Source: an uncultured Gemmatimonadales bacterium | GTDB lineage: Bacteria; Gemmatimonadota; Gemmatimonadetes; Longimicrobiales; RSA9 | DNA: 64,000 bases | NCBI GenBank assembly: GCA_963798085.1 | Contig: CAWCRS010000002.1 | Coordinates: forward strand, 381,979-445,978 | Reading direction: 5' to 3' | Shown here: piece after piece, positions 62,689 to 64,000 of the stretch | Position numbering within the stretch: the stretch's first letter is position 1 | Layout: each line of letters starts with the position of its first letter | Position numbers and translations under genes: made by a program | The notes under the pieces: model-generated | Database searches by the model: none | The model's input: only the letters and a program-made list of their open reading frames with translations | What the model was told of the DNA's origin: nothing

Positions 62689-63996
62689 GTGCGCCTGCAA
62701 GAGAATTTGCTTGACACGTCCACGGGGCGACCATATCATTCCGCCGATGTAGGCTGTGTCTTGCTGGAGTCTGCCGTGGATACCGGGGCGTCGCAAAATC
62801 TGTCGAAGCCGCCTCATGAGTGGGCTGCATGCGTACAAGCGCTCAGACGCGCGTTCTGGAGCTTCGCTTGGGCTCTGTTCAATGCTGGAGTTGTTACAAC
62901 GATTCCCTTTTCGTTAGCCGGGCAGAGCACGCAGGTCGTTCCCAACAGCCCTTCGTGTGCCACATGCGCCATCGCCGCTTCTCGCGTCGTAACCCTCCAC
63001 GGGGTGCCTGACAGTCTCGGTGGGCTGACCGATACTTATTTCATGCGCCGCGACTCCCGGGGCCGCTATTACGTGACAAGCGAGTACCGGTCGTGGGCGC
63101 TCTTGGTGTTTGACTCGACTGGACAGTTCCTAACGGTTCATGGCCGCCAAGGCTCGGGGCCCGGCGAATTCCGGCGCATCGAGACATTCGTCTTCGGGAA
63201 GGCGGATACGCTCCACGTATTCGACAGGTTCAATGCACGGCATACTGTGCTTGACGCAAAGAACAACTACGTTTCGGCATCAACTGTTGTGCCTGCGATA
63301 ACAGACGCCATTGTCACTGATGGCGTGCTGATAGTCAACGCTGATATTCCCACCCGCGCGAGCGTGGGCGAGGCACTACACTTCCTATCTGATTCAGGCG
63401 CCGTTTCCTCATTCGATCAGACGGGCGGGCTGTATGACGTCTCAATGAGAACCTCATTGAGAAGAATTCTTTCATCTTCGGATGAAGGCGGGTTCTGGGC
63501 GGCGCACCGGACGCGATACCAGATCGATCTCTGGCGCGTTTTGAATGCCGGAACGCCGAGGCTGGTGAAAGTCATTAAGCGCTCGCCGGACTGGTTCCCA
63601 CCGTATGATCGTGCGACTGCGATTAGCCCCGGGCAGGCGCCGCAGCCATTTATTAGTGGCGTCGCGTCAACTGACCGGCATGAACTATGGGTGGCGAGCT
63701 GCGTTCCATCCGGAAACTGGGAGCGCAACCTGATTGTTCAAGAAACCGCAAGAGGACGTACCTACTCTTACAAGAACGCGGATACCATGTTCGATACCGT
63801 AGTCGACTTGGTTGATACGACGACTGGTGACTTGATCAGCAGCCGGCGCTTCCGGCAGTACTTCAAGGGTTTTCTTAGCCGCGACCTCATTTGGAGCTAT
63901 TCCGAGGATGCCGACGGTGTCGGTAAGATTCAAGTCTGGCGCCTGAGCATCGTTGATAGGAAAAGCCAATCCAAACCGTTTGCCACCCCACAGTAG
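62689..63996 (+). CDS. 6-bladed beta-propeller protein (inverted; start probably ~62830)
   Basis: RDSRGRYYV and GRQGSGPGEF motifs. Confidence 0.8.
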   Translation: MRLQENLLDTSTGRPYHSADVGCVLLESAVDTGASQNLSKPPHEWAACVQALRRAFWSFAWALFNAGVVTTIPFSLAGQSTQVVPNSPSCATCAIAASRVVTLHGVPDSLGGLTDTYFMRRDSRGRYYVTSEYRSWALLVFDSTGQFLTVHGRQGSGPGEFRRIETFVFGKADTLHVFDRFNARHTVLDAKNNYVSASTVVPAITDAIVTDGVLIVNADIPTRASVGEALHFLSDSGAVSSFDQTGGLYDVSMRTSLRRILSSSDEGGFWAAHRTRYQIDLWRVLNAGTPRLVKVIKRSPDWFPPYDRATAISPGQAPQPFISGVASTDRHELWVASCVPSGNWERNLIVQETARGRTYSYKNADTMFDTVVDLVDTTTGDLISSRRFRQYFKGFLSRDLIWSYSEDADGVGKIQVWRLSIVDRKSQSKPFATPQ

Positions 63997-64000
63997 GAGG

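Noticed and set aside
1..64000. Integron integrase, reverse transcriptase or DGR in the window
   Set aside because: No tyrosine-recombinase R-H-R-Y motifs or YADD motif were seen. The duplicated cassette shows no adenine-specific variation.

Overview
This GC-rich window is almost entirely one long integron-like gene-cassette array. It has 41 complete and 1 remnant attC-like repeats of about 115-155 bp, each bounded by NNNTAAC...GTTANNN. The array reads on the minus strand and no integrase or attI lies in the window. The host may be Gemmatimonadota, judged only from the gene families. Cargo includes about 10 toxin-antitoxin modules, 8 six-bladed beta-propeller proteins, nucleases and HEPN-like proteins, an APH(6)-like kinase, methyltransferases, and a probable AhpD/CMD selenoprotein (in-frame UGA in CxxU plus a SECIS-like hairpin). 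The array is invaded by IS481, IS110, two IS630 types (2 copies each), IS21 and an ORF-less group II intron. The most unusual signal is that nearly every cassette is bracketed by its own 17-23 bp terminal inverted repeat. This repeat extends far beyond the 7-bp core/inverse-core and carries an invariant asymmetric mismatch at position 11, which suggests a non-canonical cassette recombination site or cassette-genesis mechanism. All product calls come from motif recognition by eye; no searches were run.
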